64,000 nucleotides of DNA from a virus: IMG/VR virus record IMGVR_UViG_3300044701_003423, one strand, 5' to 3'. Made by a program: the position numbers and the translations under genes. This document shows, one piece after another, positions 16,730 through 25,914 of this stretch. Numbering within the stretch: position 1 is the stretch's first letter; each line of letters begins with the position of its first letter. The notes below the pieces were generated by a model. It was not told where the DNA came from and searched no databases. It worked only from the letters and a program-made list of their open reading frames with translations.

Positions 16730-18389
16730 CTCTTGAGGACAAGTCGGCTCTCAGGACAGAGGAACTGCGTACATAATAAAGAGTTTTAACTTTTTTCTGC
16801 CATGCTGTCCAGTGAACTTCGTGAAAATATTGAGGGTCTACGTCTTTTGAGAAGAATAAATTCAAAGATTGCGCCTGACAAATAAAAGGTTGCCTGTCTG
16901 CTGCTAAGTCAATAAGAGTCAGTTGGTCAATCTCAAAAGCAGTCTTAAAGACATCTTTGTCTTCTTCTGACAAGAATTCTAATCCTCGAACCGACCCCTC
17001 GTCTTTAACGATGGCGTTCCACACCTCTTCTGTATCCTTGCCTAGCTCTTGTAATCTTTTCTTGAGCAAGGGATTAAACTCAATAAAGGTGCCCTTAGCT
17101 GTTTTTTTAACATACGCATTAGCGTTGATTGGCTCAATGCCCGCAGAAATATTGCCCGTAATAAGGGAGTTGGATGCCGTAGGGGCAATCGCAATTAAAT
17201 GAGTTGACCGCAGTCCGGTTCCCTTGCACCATTCTGGTTCTCCAAATTCTTCGGCGAGTTTTTTAGACGCCTTGATTGCATTTTCATTAATATTCTTAAA
17301 GATTGCCTTATTCAAAATCTTGGCTCTAAATGAGCCCATGCCTACATGTTCTTGTTGCAACAATGTATGCCATCCCATGACGCCCAAACCTAATGCTCTG
17401 CCCTTAATAGCAGAACGAACGGCGGCCTCCAATCCTTGTAATTTTTGTGCTTTTTCAATAAATTCAGTTAAAACCGCATCTAAAAGATAAACAGACAACT
17501 CAACTGTGTCTGTGTCCTTCCACTCATTCCACTTAGCTAAATTGAGGGAAGATAAACAACAAACAAAAGTATGGTCATGGTCGGTATACAAAACAATTTC
17601 ACTGCAGATGTTACTTGTTGAAATCTTTAAATTATTTTTTATGTACGCTTCTGGATTTTGCGAATTTACATTGTCTGAATAAAAGATATATGGCTCGCCT
17701 GTTTCAAGACGTGCCTTGTAAATTTCCCTCAATAGCTCCTGAGCAGATTCATCGCCAGACTGTACTTTGTGCATAAAGCTATCTGGAATACAAACGGCGT
17801 GATGAAGATTGAGGCATTGGCGATTAGGGTCACCTTCGGGGCGGCGCATGCGCAGAAAGGCTTTGATATCGCCATGGTCAATGGGAAGATAAATAGCTGC
17901 AGCGCCACGGCGTACATTTCCTTGACTAATACCTACGGTAATAGAATCGTAAATCTTTGCAAACGGAATCATACCTTCGGATGTTCCACCTGTTTTAATT
18001 TTAGACCCTGCAGGGCGCAAGTCTCCCATATAGACGCCAACACCGCCGCCATTTTTAGTCAGCATGGCTAGTTCATGGCCTTTTTTCATAATTGAATCGG
18101 TACTATCTTGCGGAGAGATTGAATAACAACTTATAGGCAGTCCTCTGTTTGTACCCATATTACTAGCCACCGGAGTAGCAAGTCCTACCCACCCTTTCCA
18201 AAGCATATTAAAAAACTTTTCTTCAAGTTCTGGCTTTTTAAGAATATTGGCGGCTGTGCGCGAAACTCGGCTCCACATGCCTTTAGGGGTTTCATTCGGG
18301 AGGAGATAACCACCCAACAATGTTTTATAACCAATCTCAGTAAGAAAATCAGGGGCTTCGCCGTGTTCCTTGAGTTTTTCTAGTTCCAT
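16704..18389 (-). CDS. nrdA: ribonucleotide reductase large subunit, class I, no ATP-cone
   Basis: 561 aa with SNICSEI in the active-site loop region, a C-terminal Cys pair (CVACEG), and an adjacent NrdB. Confidence 0.85.
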   Translation of the reverse strand: MELEKLKEHGEAPDFLTEIGYKTLLGGYLLPNETPKGMWSRVSRTAANILKKPELEEKFFNMLWKGWVGLATPVASNMGTNRGLPISCYSISPQDSTDSIMKKGHELAMLTKNGGGVGVYMGDLRPAGSKIKTGGTSEGMIPFAKIYDSITVGISQGNVRRGAAAIYLPIDHGDIKAFLRMRRPEGDPNRQCLNLHHAVCIPDSFMHKVQSGDESAQELLREIYKARLETGEPYIFYSDNVNSQNPEAYIKNNLKISTSNICSEIVLYTDHDHTFVCCLSSLNLAKWNEWKDTDTVELSVYLLDAVLTEFIEKAQKLQGLEAAVRSAIKGRALGLGVMGWHTLLQQEHVGMGSFRAKILNKAIFKNINENAIKASKKLAEEFGEPEWCKGTGLRSTHLIAIAPTASNSLITGNISAGIEPINANAYVKKTAKGTFIEFNPLLKKRLQELGKDTEEVWNAIVKDEGSVRGLEFLSEEDKDVFKTAFEIDQLTLIDLAADRQPFICQAQSLNLFFSKDVDPQYFHEVHWTAWQKKVKTLYYVRSSSVLRADLSSRGECVACEG

Positions 18390-18401
18390 GAAAAGACTCC
18401 A

Positions 18402-19373
18402 TTAAAACTTAATCTTAGACCAATCAATATGACCCTTGGAATATGCTGTACTTTTTAAAGCAAAAAAGTCAGAGTGCTCATTGCCGGAGCTTAACACATC
18501 AAACCAACTTGTAATAGTTTTTACCGACTCAGCATCAATATTTTTCCAGTTGGTCTTTAGTCCTAAATCTTGTAGCTTTGTGTTGGCTCTATATCGGATG
18601 TACGCCTTGAGTTGTTTAGGATTAATTCCTTGAATTTCAGCTCCATCAAATACAGCATCAATATAATCATCTTCTAGCTCGACAACGTCTCTGGCTGCCT
18701 GATAGATGGTCTTCTTAAATTCGTCCGTCCAAATTTCTGGATGTTCTGCCATCAAAGTTCTAAACAACCAGCAGCCTGCATCGGAATGCAGCCCCTCGTC
18801 CCTGACGGACCAGCTAACAATATTTGCTACGCCTTTAAGTTTATTAAATCTTGAAAAGTTCATTAGGACGGCAAAAGAACTAAAAAGCGATACCCCCTCA
18901 GTGAAGGCTGAAAAAATAGCCAAGGAACGCGCTTTACCCTGAAGGGTTTCTGTGTCACTAAGAACAGCGGCGAGTTTATCTTTTTTTGCCTTCATGGCGG
19001 GATTCTTCAAAAACTCTTCATATTCAGACAAAGGAAGCCCTAATGAAGTTGAAAGATGATCATAAGCTGCAATATGGATACTTTCAAAAGCTCCGTTGGT
19101 GGCGGCCATCTGTTGCACCTCTGGATGCTTAAACCATTTGGCTACGCTTGATGACCAGTAATCTTCCGCATCAATCTCAATAGTTGTAAAAAGCCGCAAA
19201 ATCCTAATAACAACTTTCTTTTCATCTTCTGTCAAATTTTCATTATAGTCTTTGATGTCTGGCCCCATATTGACTTCGGTCCAAAGCCAGTGAGCCTGTT
19301 GTTGTTTAAGAAAAAAATCATATGCTTCTGGATATTTAAATGGTTTGTAATATAGCCGTGGTTCTACGAGCAT
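18402..19373 (-). CDS. nrdB: ribonucleotide reductase small subunit
   Basis: Di-iron ligand motifs FESIHIAAY, FTEGVSLFSSF and DEGLHSD. I chose the ATG at 19373 because AAGGAG lies 8 nt upstream; the track start is GTG 19382. Confidence 0.85.
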   Translation of the reverse strand: MLVEPRLYYKPFKYPEAYDFFLKQQQAHWLWTEVNMGPDIKDYNENLTEDEKKVVIRILRLFTTIEIDAEDYWSSSVAKWFKHPEVQQMAATNGAFESIHIAAYDHLSTSLGLPLSEYEEFLKNPAMKAKKDKLAAVLSDTETLQGKARSLAIFSAFTEGVSLFSSFAVLMNFSRFNKLKGVANIVSWSVRDEGLHSDAGCWLFRTLMAEHPEIWTDEFKKTIYQAARDVVELEDDYIDAVFDGAEIQGINPKQLKAYIRYRANTKLQDLGLKTNWKNIDAESVKTITSWFDVLSSGNEHSDFFALKSTAYSKGHIDWSKIKF

Positions 19374-19431
19374 GTTGCACACTCCTTGGCTGCCGTTAGA
19401 AACTATCGTATTTTAACCAATCAGCCAAGAG

Positions 19432-19980
19432 TTATTTTATATTATATTTTTCTGAAATTTTAATAACTTGCACTATTACTTGAAGTTGTTCATAAAGGTC
19501 TTCTATTGTTCCATTATTATCAATAACAAAATCCCAACCTTTGTAATCGTTCAGTGCATTTTCTGACACGTGAGAGGCTCTTTCTTCTTGCGGGCGAGTT
19601 TTTCTGTCCACTTTAACTAGAAAAAAACCATTTGCTTTTAAAGCTTCGGCTTCGTTTGGGAATCTTACGTCTGTTACATAAAAATTATTTACAAAAGCCT
19701 CATTGGAAAGATAACAACCTTGTCTTTCTGCTTGATAAATTCTATTTAAACAGTGGTCTACCCAAATATTTTCATTTATAGAACGGCCCCAATCTGTTCC
19801 AACCCAAGTTAATAACTTAGTATCCTTAAATGTGTCAATACAAGCTATTTCATGAATGGATTTCATAATCTCATAAATTGGTTGAGCAAACTTAAAGATT
19901 TGCCCTCCATACTGCCCTTGAAGATATTCCGCTGATGTGTCTTTTCCTGAGCGAGCCTTGTAACCAAAAGCAATTTTCAT
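19432..19980 (-). CDS. deoxynucleoside monophosphate kinase
   Basis: P-loop GYKARSGKDT, then GTDWGRS...IWV and VTDVRFPNEAEAL, as in phage dNMP kinases. Confidence 0.65.
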   Translation of the reverse strand: MKIAFGYKARSGKDTSAEYLQGQYGGQIFKFAQPIYEIMKSIHEIACIDTFKDTKLLTWVGTDWGRSINENIWVDHCLNRIYQAERQGCYLSNEAFVNNFYVTDVRFPNEAEALKANGFFLVKVDRKTRPQEERASHVSENALNDYKGWDFVIDNNGTIEDLYEQLQVIVQVIKISEKYNIK

Positions 19981-20003
19981 AAAAATTCCCCCATAAAAAA
20001 TAA

Positions 20004-20576
20004 TTAATCCTTTAGTTTAGCTCCCCATTTAACTAAAAAAGTTTTACAATCTTCCAATGAAGCCATAGATGGAAATCCCATATGTCTTGCATAAGCTTTA
20101 ATTGAAGCGTCCCATGTTCCTTGATAGCCGGACGCATGCTGACGAGCCACTTCGAGTAAATCATACAATTTACCTACATTTGGAGCTTCAATTACAACCA
20201 CCTTTTCCTTTTCGGCTTCTTTGTTCAAAAGCTGAACAGGAAGTGCATTCTTTTCCAAAATGCTAGCTTTTGGGCTCATCTCTGTACCATGAAGCACGGC
20301 CAATACATCTGATTCTGTCGCAGGTGCCACTGATGGTTTTAGTTCTTCAGTAGGTTGGGGCGCTGCGGGCTTTTCTGCTTCTGATTTAGTTTTATGAGCA
20401 GTTTCTGCAAGTTCTGTATTTCCCTTTTCAAACTCAATTGCTTCTGTGAGAGAGTCTTTTAAAGTTTCAAACAGTTCCTTTTCTGGCTCAGCAAGTTCTT
20501 CGGACTCATCAATGAATGCGCTCATTGGGTCTACAGATTCGGTTACACGTGATGAGAATTTTTTCTTTTTCGACAC
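20004..20576 (-). CDS. hypothetical protein
   Basis: 190-aa ORF with an acidic N-terminal half. Confidence 0.5.
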   Translation of the reverse strand: MSKKKKFSSRVTESVDPMSAFIDESEELAEPEKELFETLKDSLTEAIEFEKGNTELAETAHKTKSEAEKPAAPQPTEELKPSVAPATESDVLAVLHGTEMSPKASILEKNALPVQLLNKEAEKEKVVVIEAPNVGKLYDLLEVARQHASGYQGTWDASIKAYARHMGFPSMASLEDCKTFLVKWGAKLKD

Positions 20577-20578
20577 AA

Positions 20579-21568
20579 CTATTTCTCCTCTTTTACTGGA
20601 TAAATGGGAACAATTGAGGAGCCGTCCTGAGAAACTCCGTCAACGTGCAAACATATCTTATCTGGTAATGATACCTTTTTGTCAATCCAAAAATCAAATG
20701 CCGTTGCCTTAATACTAAAAGTTGTTGTAAAAGCAACGTCTTGAGTTCCGCCTTCCTCGGAAGGGGGAGATTGAGTGATAGTTGCAACTTGCAATCCTTG
20801 AGACTCTAGAGTCATGCGACCTTTTTTTAAAATATAACGCATAACCAAGGTAAACAATTTATGAAGTTGAATATCGCCGGTTGTCTTTAAAAGTACGCCA
20901 ATATTAACAGAATCGCCGGATGCGTTAATAATTGCAGTTCTAATACTGTGTCTAGATTTAAAAGACCATCCCTTTAAAGAAGGCTTACCTTCAAAAATAG
21001 GAATGTCTTTGTCAAGAATTACTGTAACTGAATCAGAATTATTAAATCCTTCCGCTGTTGGAGCATCTGGTAAGCTTTTTTTATCTGGAAAAATTTCTTT
21101 TACAAAAGCCTCGAAATTGCCCGTAGGGGTAGAAATAACTGCTTTCATGCCAATAGAAACTGCATCTAAAATTCCAGTATTTTTTAAAAATACTAGTTTA
21201 TTTTTTCCTTTGTTTTTAATTGCGTCGGCAATTAAATATACTTTTGGTTCAATTTGTTGTTGTTCTTCTTGACCGTAATCGGAAAAAAACTTATTAGACT
21301 CGCCGCCCGAAGAAATAACATAAACGGCGTAGTTAGATTGTGTATTTTGTGTGTAATACTCATCAACTATGATTTGTTGACCAGTTTTTTCCAACATTAC
21401 ATCCATAAGCATACGGACGTATTTATAGCCGCCCGTCATCTTGTTAATCATGCACAAGTCAACATAATTTGACAAAATATATTCCAATTCGTCTGGGTTT
21501 TCCTTCAAGTGTTGAAGACCAGATTGAATTGTTGCCATGACTGCCAAATCGGCGAGATACATTGCCAT
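20579..21568 (-). CDS. hypothetical virion protein
   Basis: 329-aa ORF sharing a start/stop junction with the upstream gene. Confidence 0.5.
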   Translation of the reverse strand: MAMYLADLAVMATIQSGLQHLKENPDELEYILSNYVDLCMINKMTGGYKYVRMLMDVMLEKTGQQIIVDEYYTQNTQSNYAVYVISSGGESNKFFSDYGQEEQQQIEPKVYLIADAIKNKGKNKLVFLKNTGILDAVSIGMKAVISTPTGNFEAFVKEIFPDKKSLPDAPTAEGFNNSDSVTVILDKDIPIFEGKPSLKGWSFKSRHSIRTAIINASGDSVNIGVLLKTTGDIQLHKLFTLVMRYILKKGRMTLESQGLQVATITQSPPSEEGGTQDVAFTTTFSIKATAFDFWIDKKVSLPDKICLHVDGVSQDGSSIVPIYPVKEEK

Positions 21569-22332
21569 TATCTATTACCTCGCAAAAAATCTTCCATTTC
21601 AGTTTTAATAATATCAACCAACAAATCGGTCAATGTACTTTCTGCCCATCCCTGTACCTTTGGGAATAGTTTTCTTGGTTTGATGCCTGGGTGTATCCAC
21701 TGAGACAACGAAGTCGGATTATTAGACATTGTTCTGAACAAAGTATACTGGACGTTTCTTGGTCGTTTTCCAGCGGCCAAGTCATCCGGCGAACCAAATG
21801 AAGAGGTGCGAATCATGCCTTTGAGCGCAGGGTCTGCTGTCAACAATCTTTCTACAACCATAAGTGAGCCGTCGCGGGTTTTGCTCATGCGCGGTGCGCT
21901 GAACGCGGGGTCTTTGAGGGCTGACTTAATCTTTTCTTGCAATACTTGCGCTTTGTCAGTACCTGCCGTTGAACCTTTGTCTTTGTAGGCCGGCAAAGGA
22001 ACGCGAATATACTTAAATCCATTTTTTGAATACTTGACGTTAGGGCCATTAAGGTGCGTTGTTTTCATATCCCATGAATCGGCGCCATTTTCAACTGCAT
22101 TTGCCAGCCAACTTGCTTTATCTAAATCAACAACCACAACGGTATCTATTAACTTAATATCTAAGGAAGCCATGTATTCTTCCATAGAAGTCTTTAAGTT
22201 CTTTCTGGCCTGAGTAGCAAACTCTTGGCGAATCAACAAAGGAGTAGCTGTAATAGCCTTGTCAACGGCATCTTCCAGCGCGTTGACATAAGCTTCAAAA
22301 TACTCGACAATGTCGCCTAAGTTAGATGGCAT
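21568..22332 (-). CDS. hypothetical virion protein
   Basis: 254-aa ORF. No motif recognised. Confidence 0.5.
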   Translation of the reverse strand: MPSNLGDIVEYFEAYVNALEDAVDKAITATPLLIRQEFATQARKNLKTSMEEYMASLDIKLIDTVVVVDLDKASWLANAVENGADSWDMKTTHLNGPNVKYSKNGFKYIRVPLPAYKDKGSTAGTDKAQVLQEKIKSALKDPAFSAPRMSKTRDGSLMVVERLLTADPALKGMIRTSSFGSPDDLAAGKRPRNVQYTLFRTMSNNPTSLSQWIHPGIKPRKLFPKVQGWAESTLTDLLVDIIKTEMEDFLRGNR

Positions 22333-22335
22333 TTG

Positions 22336-23166
22336 TTATCCTAGTTCGTCAACTTGCTCTGGACTAAGCGGTTGCAATTCTGAAGCAGGAGCAGCTTGTG
22401 GCTGTTGCATAGCCTGCAGTTCTTCGCGTACAATACGGCGAATAGCTGCTTCTAGTTCAGGAGCCAAACCTTCTTCCATAGCCAACCGCATAATTTCAGC
22501 AACAACGTCTGTGCCAATTTCTTCGGTGGGGAAATGAGAAAAACCCATATCATCTTCATTGAAAGAATCTTGAATAGCTGACTTCATACCATCGTCGACT
22601 TCATAAGGCTCATACTCTTCATCTGGCATAGCTTTTTCTAGCTGCTCTTGACTCATCTTTAAATCTTCTACTGTTTGGTGTAATTTTTGTAGTTTTTCAT
22701 AGAGTTTTTGTGACTCTTGGGGAACTAGCTTTCTTTCGTTAAGTTGCTGATATGCAGCGTCATCAACAAGTCCGTGCATGATTGCATAGTACAAGTCAGC
22801 GGTTGTAATAGGACGCTCATTAAGCTCTGAGGCAACTGAAGGTGCCTTATCTATCCACTGTTCAGCGTCGCAGTCAAACCATTTATCGCCATCGCAGAAG
22901 TAAAGGGGTTTGTTTGACTTGCCTGAAATAACTTTATATTTCAAAACAGCGGGGCTATGGTCTTGTACTTCTGGCTGCTCTTCCTTTTCTGCCTGACCAG
23001 CCAAGAATTTTGTAATGTCTTCTTGAGTTGGGTCTTCGCCGTTCTGATGACGAAATACAGCGGAAAAGGCTTCTACAAGCTTTTTTGTGTCCTTGACTGC
23101 GTTCTCTTTTGGTTCTTCTTGCATAAGTGGCGTTGCCTCTGCGTCTTTCATAATTTCTCCTTTCAT
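22336..23166 (-). CDS. hypothetical acidic protein
   Basis: 276-aa ORF, strongly acidic. ATGA overlap with the upstream gene. Confidence 0.5.
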   Translation of the reverse strand: MKGEIMKDAEATPLMQEEPKENAVKDTKKLVEAFSAVFRHQNGEDPTQEDITKFLAGQAEKEEQPEVQDHSPAVLKYKVISGKSNKPLYFCDGDKWFDCDAEQWIDKAPSVASELNERPITTADLYYAIMHGLVDDAAYQQLNERKLVPQESQKLYEKLQKLHQTVEDLKMSQEQLEKAMPDEEYEPYEVDDGMKSAIQDSFNEDDMGFSHFPTEEIGTDVVAEIMRLAMEEGLAPELEAAIRRIVREELQAMQQPQAAPASELQPLSPEQVDELG

Positions 23167-23996
23167 TTCGATGGCTTAATTAAAAATTGTTCCCAATTTT
23201 GTAACTCTGGCAAATTAAAAAAATCTATTGAGTTTTCCGGCCCGTCTCGCACTGTAGAATAGTCGCATAATACGAGCTGTGGAGCATATTTAATGTCGCG
23301 TGGCATATTGCCGCTACCAAGATTATTTGACGGCAGAAGCCTGATGTTGTGCGGCAAAGCTCGAACAATAAAGATTGGCTGATAGTAATACACAATTGAG
23401 ACAATCTCGCCAACTTTGGGTTTGTCCGTACTCTCAACCCACTGAATCTTACCTTCGGTCGTAATATGAAAGTCCAAGCCTTCGTTCAAACGAGTTCCGC
23501 GAGCAGTAAGCATATAATCGACGGCGCGAGCGCGATACATTAGCGATGTTTCCTTTTCGCCTTTATACTCAAAGTTTTGCTCAAAAAGCTCCGTCATTGT
23601 TGGATTTAAAATAATAACATCATTAATTCTAATAAAAACACGTTCTTGTGAACCATCGAGATACTCTCCAGCAACGCTAAACATTGAAGTTCCGGTGCCG
23701 TATAATCCCATAGCCGTCAAAGTGTCTCGAACAGAAAAATCCTGCCCAACCATGAGAATGGGTCGGATATCGTAAAAAATGAACGGGCGCTCCGCTCCCT
23801 TTTCAGACAAATCCATGCCTGCGTTTAAGGTATTGCGCTTAGGATTAAGCGCATGCCGGCAATGAAATGCTAAAAAACCTTTAGTGCGCAATAAGTCATG
23901 AATTTGGTCTATATTAAACGCCGCAACGGGAGCCTTTTTAGGAATAGGCCCTAGTCCAATCAAACCTTTGCGACTATTGCGGTCATTAATTGTCAT
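23163..23996 (-). CDS. hypothetical virion protein
   Basis: 277-aa ORF. No motif recognised. Confidence 0.5.
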   Translation of the reverse strand: MTINDRNSRKGLIGLGPIPKKAPVAAFNIDQIHDLLRTKGFLAFHCRHALNPKRNTLNAGMDLSEKGAERPFIFYDIRPILMVGQDFSVRDTLTAMGLYGTGTSMFSVAGEYLDGSQERVFIRINDVIILNPTMTELFEQNFEYKGEKETSLMYRARAVDYMLTARGTRLNEGLDFHITTEGKIQWVESTDKPKVGEIVSIVYYYQPIFIVRALPHNIRLLPSNNLGSGNMPRDIKYAPQLVLCDYSTVRDGPENSIDFFNLPELQNWEQFLIKPSK

Positions 23997-23999
23997 TTC

Positions 24000-25448
24000 T
24001 TATCCTTCTGCATCTGCAGTGTATTTTCTCACAAGAGCATGAACAGCCTCCATAGCTGTTTTACACTCAGGATTCTTCCACGTCCAGTCTGTTCTAGAGT
24101 CAACCGCGTCCGTAATTGCAACCATAAATCCCTCTACCCACTCAGGATGTCTGAAAGAGTCTGGCATCTCAGCCTTACCAATGTCAACTAAATCTTCAAT
24201 AAAATCATAAACATAACTTTCTACGCAGGGTGCAGTCTTTTTCATGACAAAAAATGCCATGCCTGCTTTATGGGCATCGACAAGCTCTTCTGGCGTAACA
24301 GCCCATTTGGTCGTATCGAATAAACCCTCCTTTTTTGCCTGCTCTATCTTTTGCATTTTTTCAATAGCTTGGGTGATTTCTTGAGACTTTTGTTTATCCT
24401 CAATTATTTCTTGCTTAGCTTTGCGATTTTTTTCCGCTTGTTCGTGAGGGGGTAAGTAACTATCATTATTAAACAAACACTCTCTTAGGTTTTCCGTAAT
24501 GACATTTGAGTAGGATTCCTGAGTCCATTCGGTCTTCTCGAAGAAGACTTTAGGTTTTTTGAGCCATTCGCTAGCTAAGTCCACCAGTGTGTCAAATTTT
24601 TCAGCAGTGTCAAAGTCCCAAGGATACGCAACGGGAGGAACCTTACCGGGGACTGACTTTCTTTTGCCATTTTCGTACTTCCACCATTCATAAGGCAAAT
24701 CCCCAAAGATAACTTCCGTAAACGCTACGACTTGGTCTTCAACCTTATGGCTATTGTTGGCCGCAACTTTTGGAAGTTTACGCATTAAGACATTTTTTGC
24801 TCTTCGAGCAAACTCTTTTAATTCGTTTTGTCCTAAAACTACCAAAACAGAAGAGGGGGAGGGTGCCGCCGCAGGCGGCGTGCTTTGTTCTTGTTCCTTT
24901 ATTGTTATTTCTTTATTCTTATTACTATATACTTGTTGGGGTAAATTTTGACCTCTATGGAGAGGTAAATTTTCACCCCTATGGAGAGGTAAATTTTGAC
25001 CTCTATGGAGAGGTAAATTTTCACCCCTATGGAGAGGTAAATTTTGACCTCTATGGGAATTCTCTAATTCTTCAATACTTTCAGCGTGTTCGTCTTCGGA
25101 GTGCAAAAACTCCAAAATGCTATCATGTTGAATATAGTAGTAATTTCTTGGAGGGAAGCCCTGCTTCTCTATTTTCAAAAACCCAACGTCTTGTAATTTT
25201 TGAAAAATCTCTCTCCTAATATAACGAGAGACGTTACAGTCTTTCTCTAAGTTTTCAGAAAAATTGTAAAAACCATCATTTTCTAACATTTTTTTAGTTT
25301 TGAAGTATTTGTACTTTGAAACCAAGTCAGACAGTATGATGGCTCCATCATTGCCAAGTAGGCTGGCAATCTTCTTGTTAACCATCCAATACCCATCGTG
25401 CGAAAGAGTATTAATCAAGATATCTGAACTTTTTAAGCGCGTTGACAT
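24000..25448 (-). CDS. putative replication initiator / replisome organiser (N-terminal winged-helix)
   Basis: 482 aa. The N-terminal roughly 110 aa resemble DnaD/phage replisome-organiser wHTH proteins. The linker encodes HRGQNLPLHRGENLPL repeats that coincide with the DNA iterons. It is the first gene next to the strand-switch region. Confidence 0.4.
   Translation of the reverse strand: MSTRLKSSDILINTLSHDGYWMVNKKIASLLGNDGAIILSDLVSKYKYFKTKKMLENDGFYNFSENLEKDCNVSRYIRREIFQKLQDVGFLKIEKQGFPPRNYYYIQHDSILEFLHSEDEHAESIEELENSHRGQNLPLHRGENLPLHRGQNLPLHRGENLPLHRGQNLPQQVYSNKNKEITIKEQEQSTPPAAAPSPSSVLVVLGQNELKEFARRAKNVLMRKLPKVAANNSHKVEDQVVAFTEVIFGDLPYEWWKYENGKRKSVPGKVPPVAYPWDFDTAEKFDTLVDLASEWLKKPKVFFEKTEWTQESYSNVITENLRECLFNNDSYLPPHEQAEKNRKAKQEIIEDKQKSQEITQAIEKMQKIEQAKKEGLFDTTKWAVTPEELVDAHKAGMAFFVMKKTAPCVESYVYDFIEDLVDIGKAEMPDSFRHPEWVEGFMVAITDAVDSRTDWTWKNPECKTAMEAVHALVRKYTADAEG
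24940..25058. repeat. five contiguous 24-bp direct repeats (iteron-like, candidate origin)
   Basis: Units ggtaaattttgacctctatggaga and ggtaaattttcacccctatggaga alternate at 24940, 24964, 24988, 25012 and 25036. They are flanked by a very AT-rich segment at 24901-24939. Confidence 0.75.
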
Positions 25449-25577
25449 AAAAACCTCCGCTTTTCTCTTTTCGGACTTCGGTTTAGAAAACTTTAATTTT
25501 TTTAAGTTAATCTAATTTGATTTTGAAAGTCAAACTACTTATTCATTGATTAAGTCGTTTTAAACAAGGAGAGAGTT

Positions 25578-25910
25578 ATGAGTTCGTTCTGCAAAGTTGA
25601 ATTAGTCGGCAAAATCGGAAAAGATATCGAAACTAAATCATATCCAAACGGCAAAATTCTAATATTCAAAGTCGGCGTTATTAATAAATACAAAGCAATT
25701 CAATGGCACAAAGTCACCGTTAAAGGCAGCTTGGTCGCTATTGTTGAAGGCTATATCAAGCCAGACCACGTTGCTTTGGTGCATGGTGATTTGATTATTG
25801 ATAAATGGGAAGATGCCAACGGAGACGCAAAACTATCTTTTGAAGTAGACGCAAAAGAAGTATTTTGCTTCTTGCCTCAAAAATCAGGAAAGTATGAAAG
25901 TCAAGGATGA
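25578..25910 (+). CDS. ssb: single-stranded DNA-binding protein (short OB-fold, no acidic tail)
   Basis: VELVGKIGKDIETKSYPNGK...WHKVTVKG...GDLIIDKWEDANGD follows the bacterial SSB OB-fold pattern. AAGGAG is the SD. Confidence 0.6.
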   Translation: MSSFCKVELVGKIGKDIETKSYPNGKILIFKVGVINKYKAIQWHKVTVKGSLVAIVEGYIKPDHVALVHGDLIIDKWEDANGDAKLSFEVDAKEVFCFLPQKSGKYESQG

Positions 25911-25914
25911 TTTT

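Noticed and set aside
24940-25058. CRISPR array interpretation of the 24-bp repeats
   Set aside because: The repeats are contiguous with no spacers, lie in frame within a gene, and no cas genes are present.
24754-25219. Plus-strand ORFs with repetitive peptides (YGEVNF...)
   Set aside because: They are an artefact of the 24-bp repeats keeping the antisense frame open.
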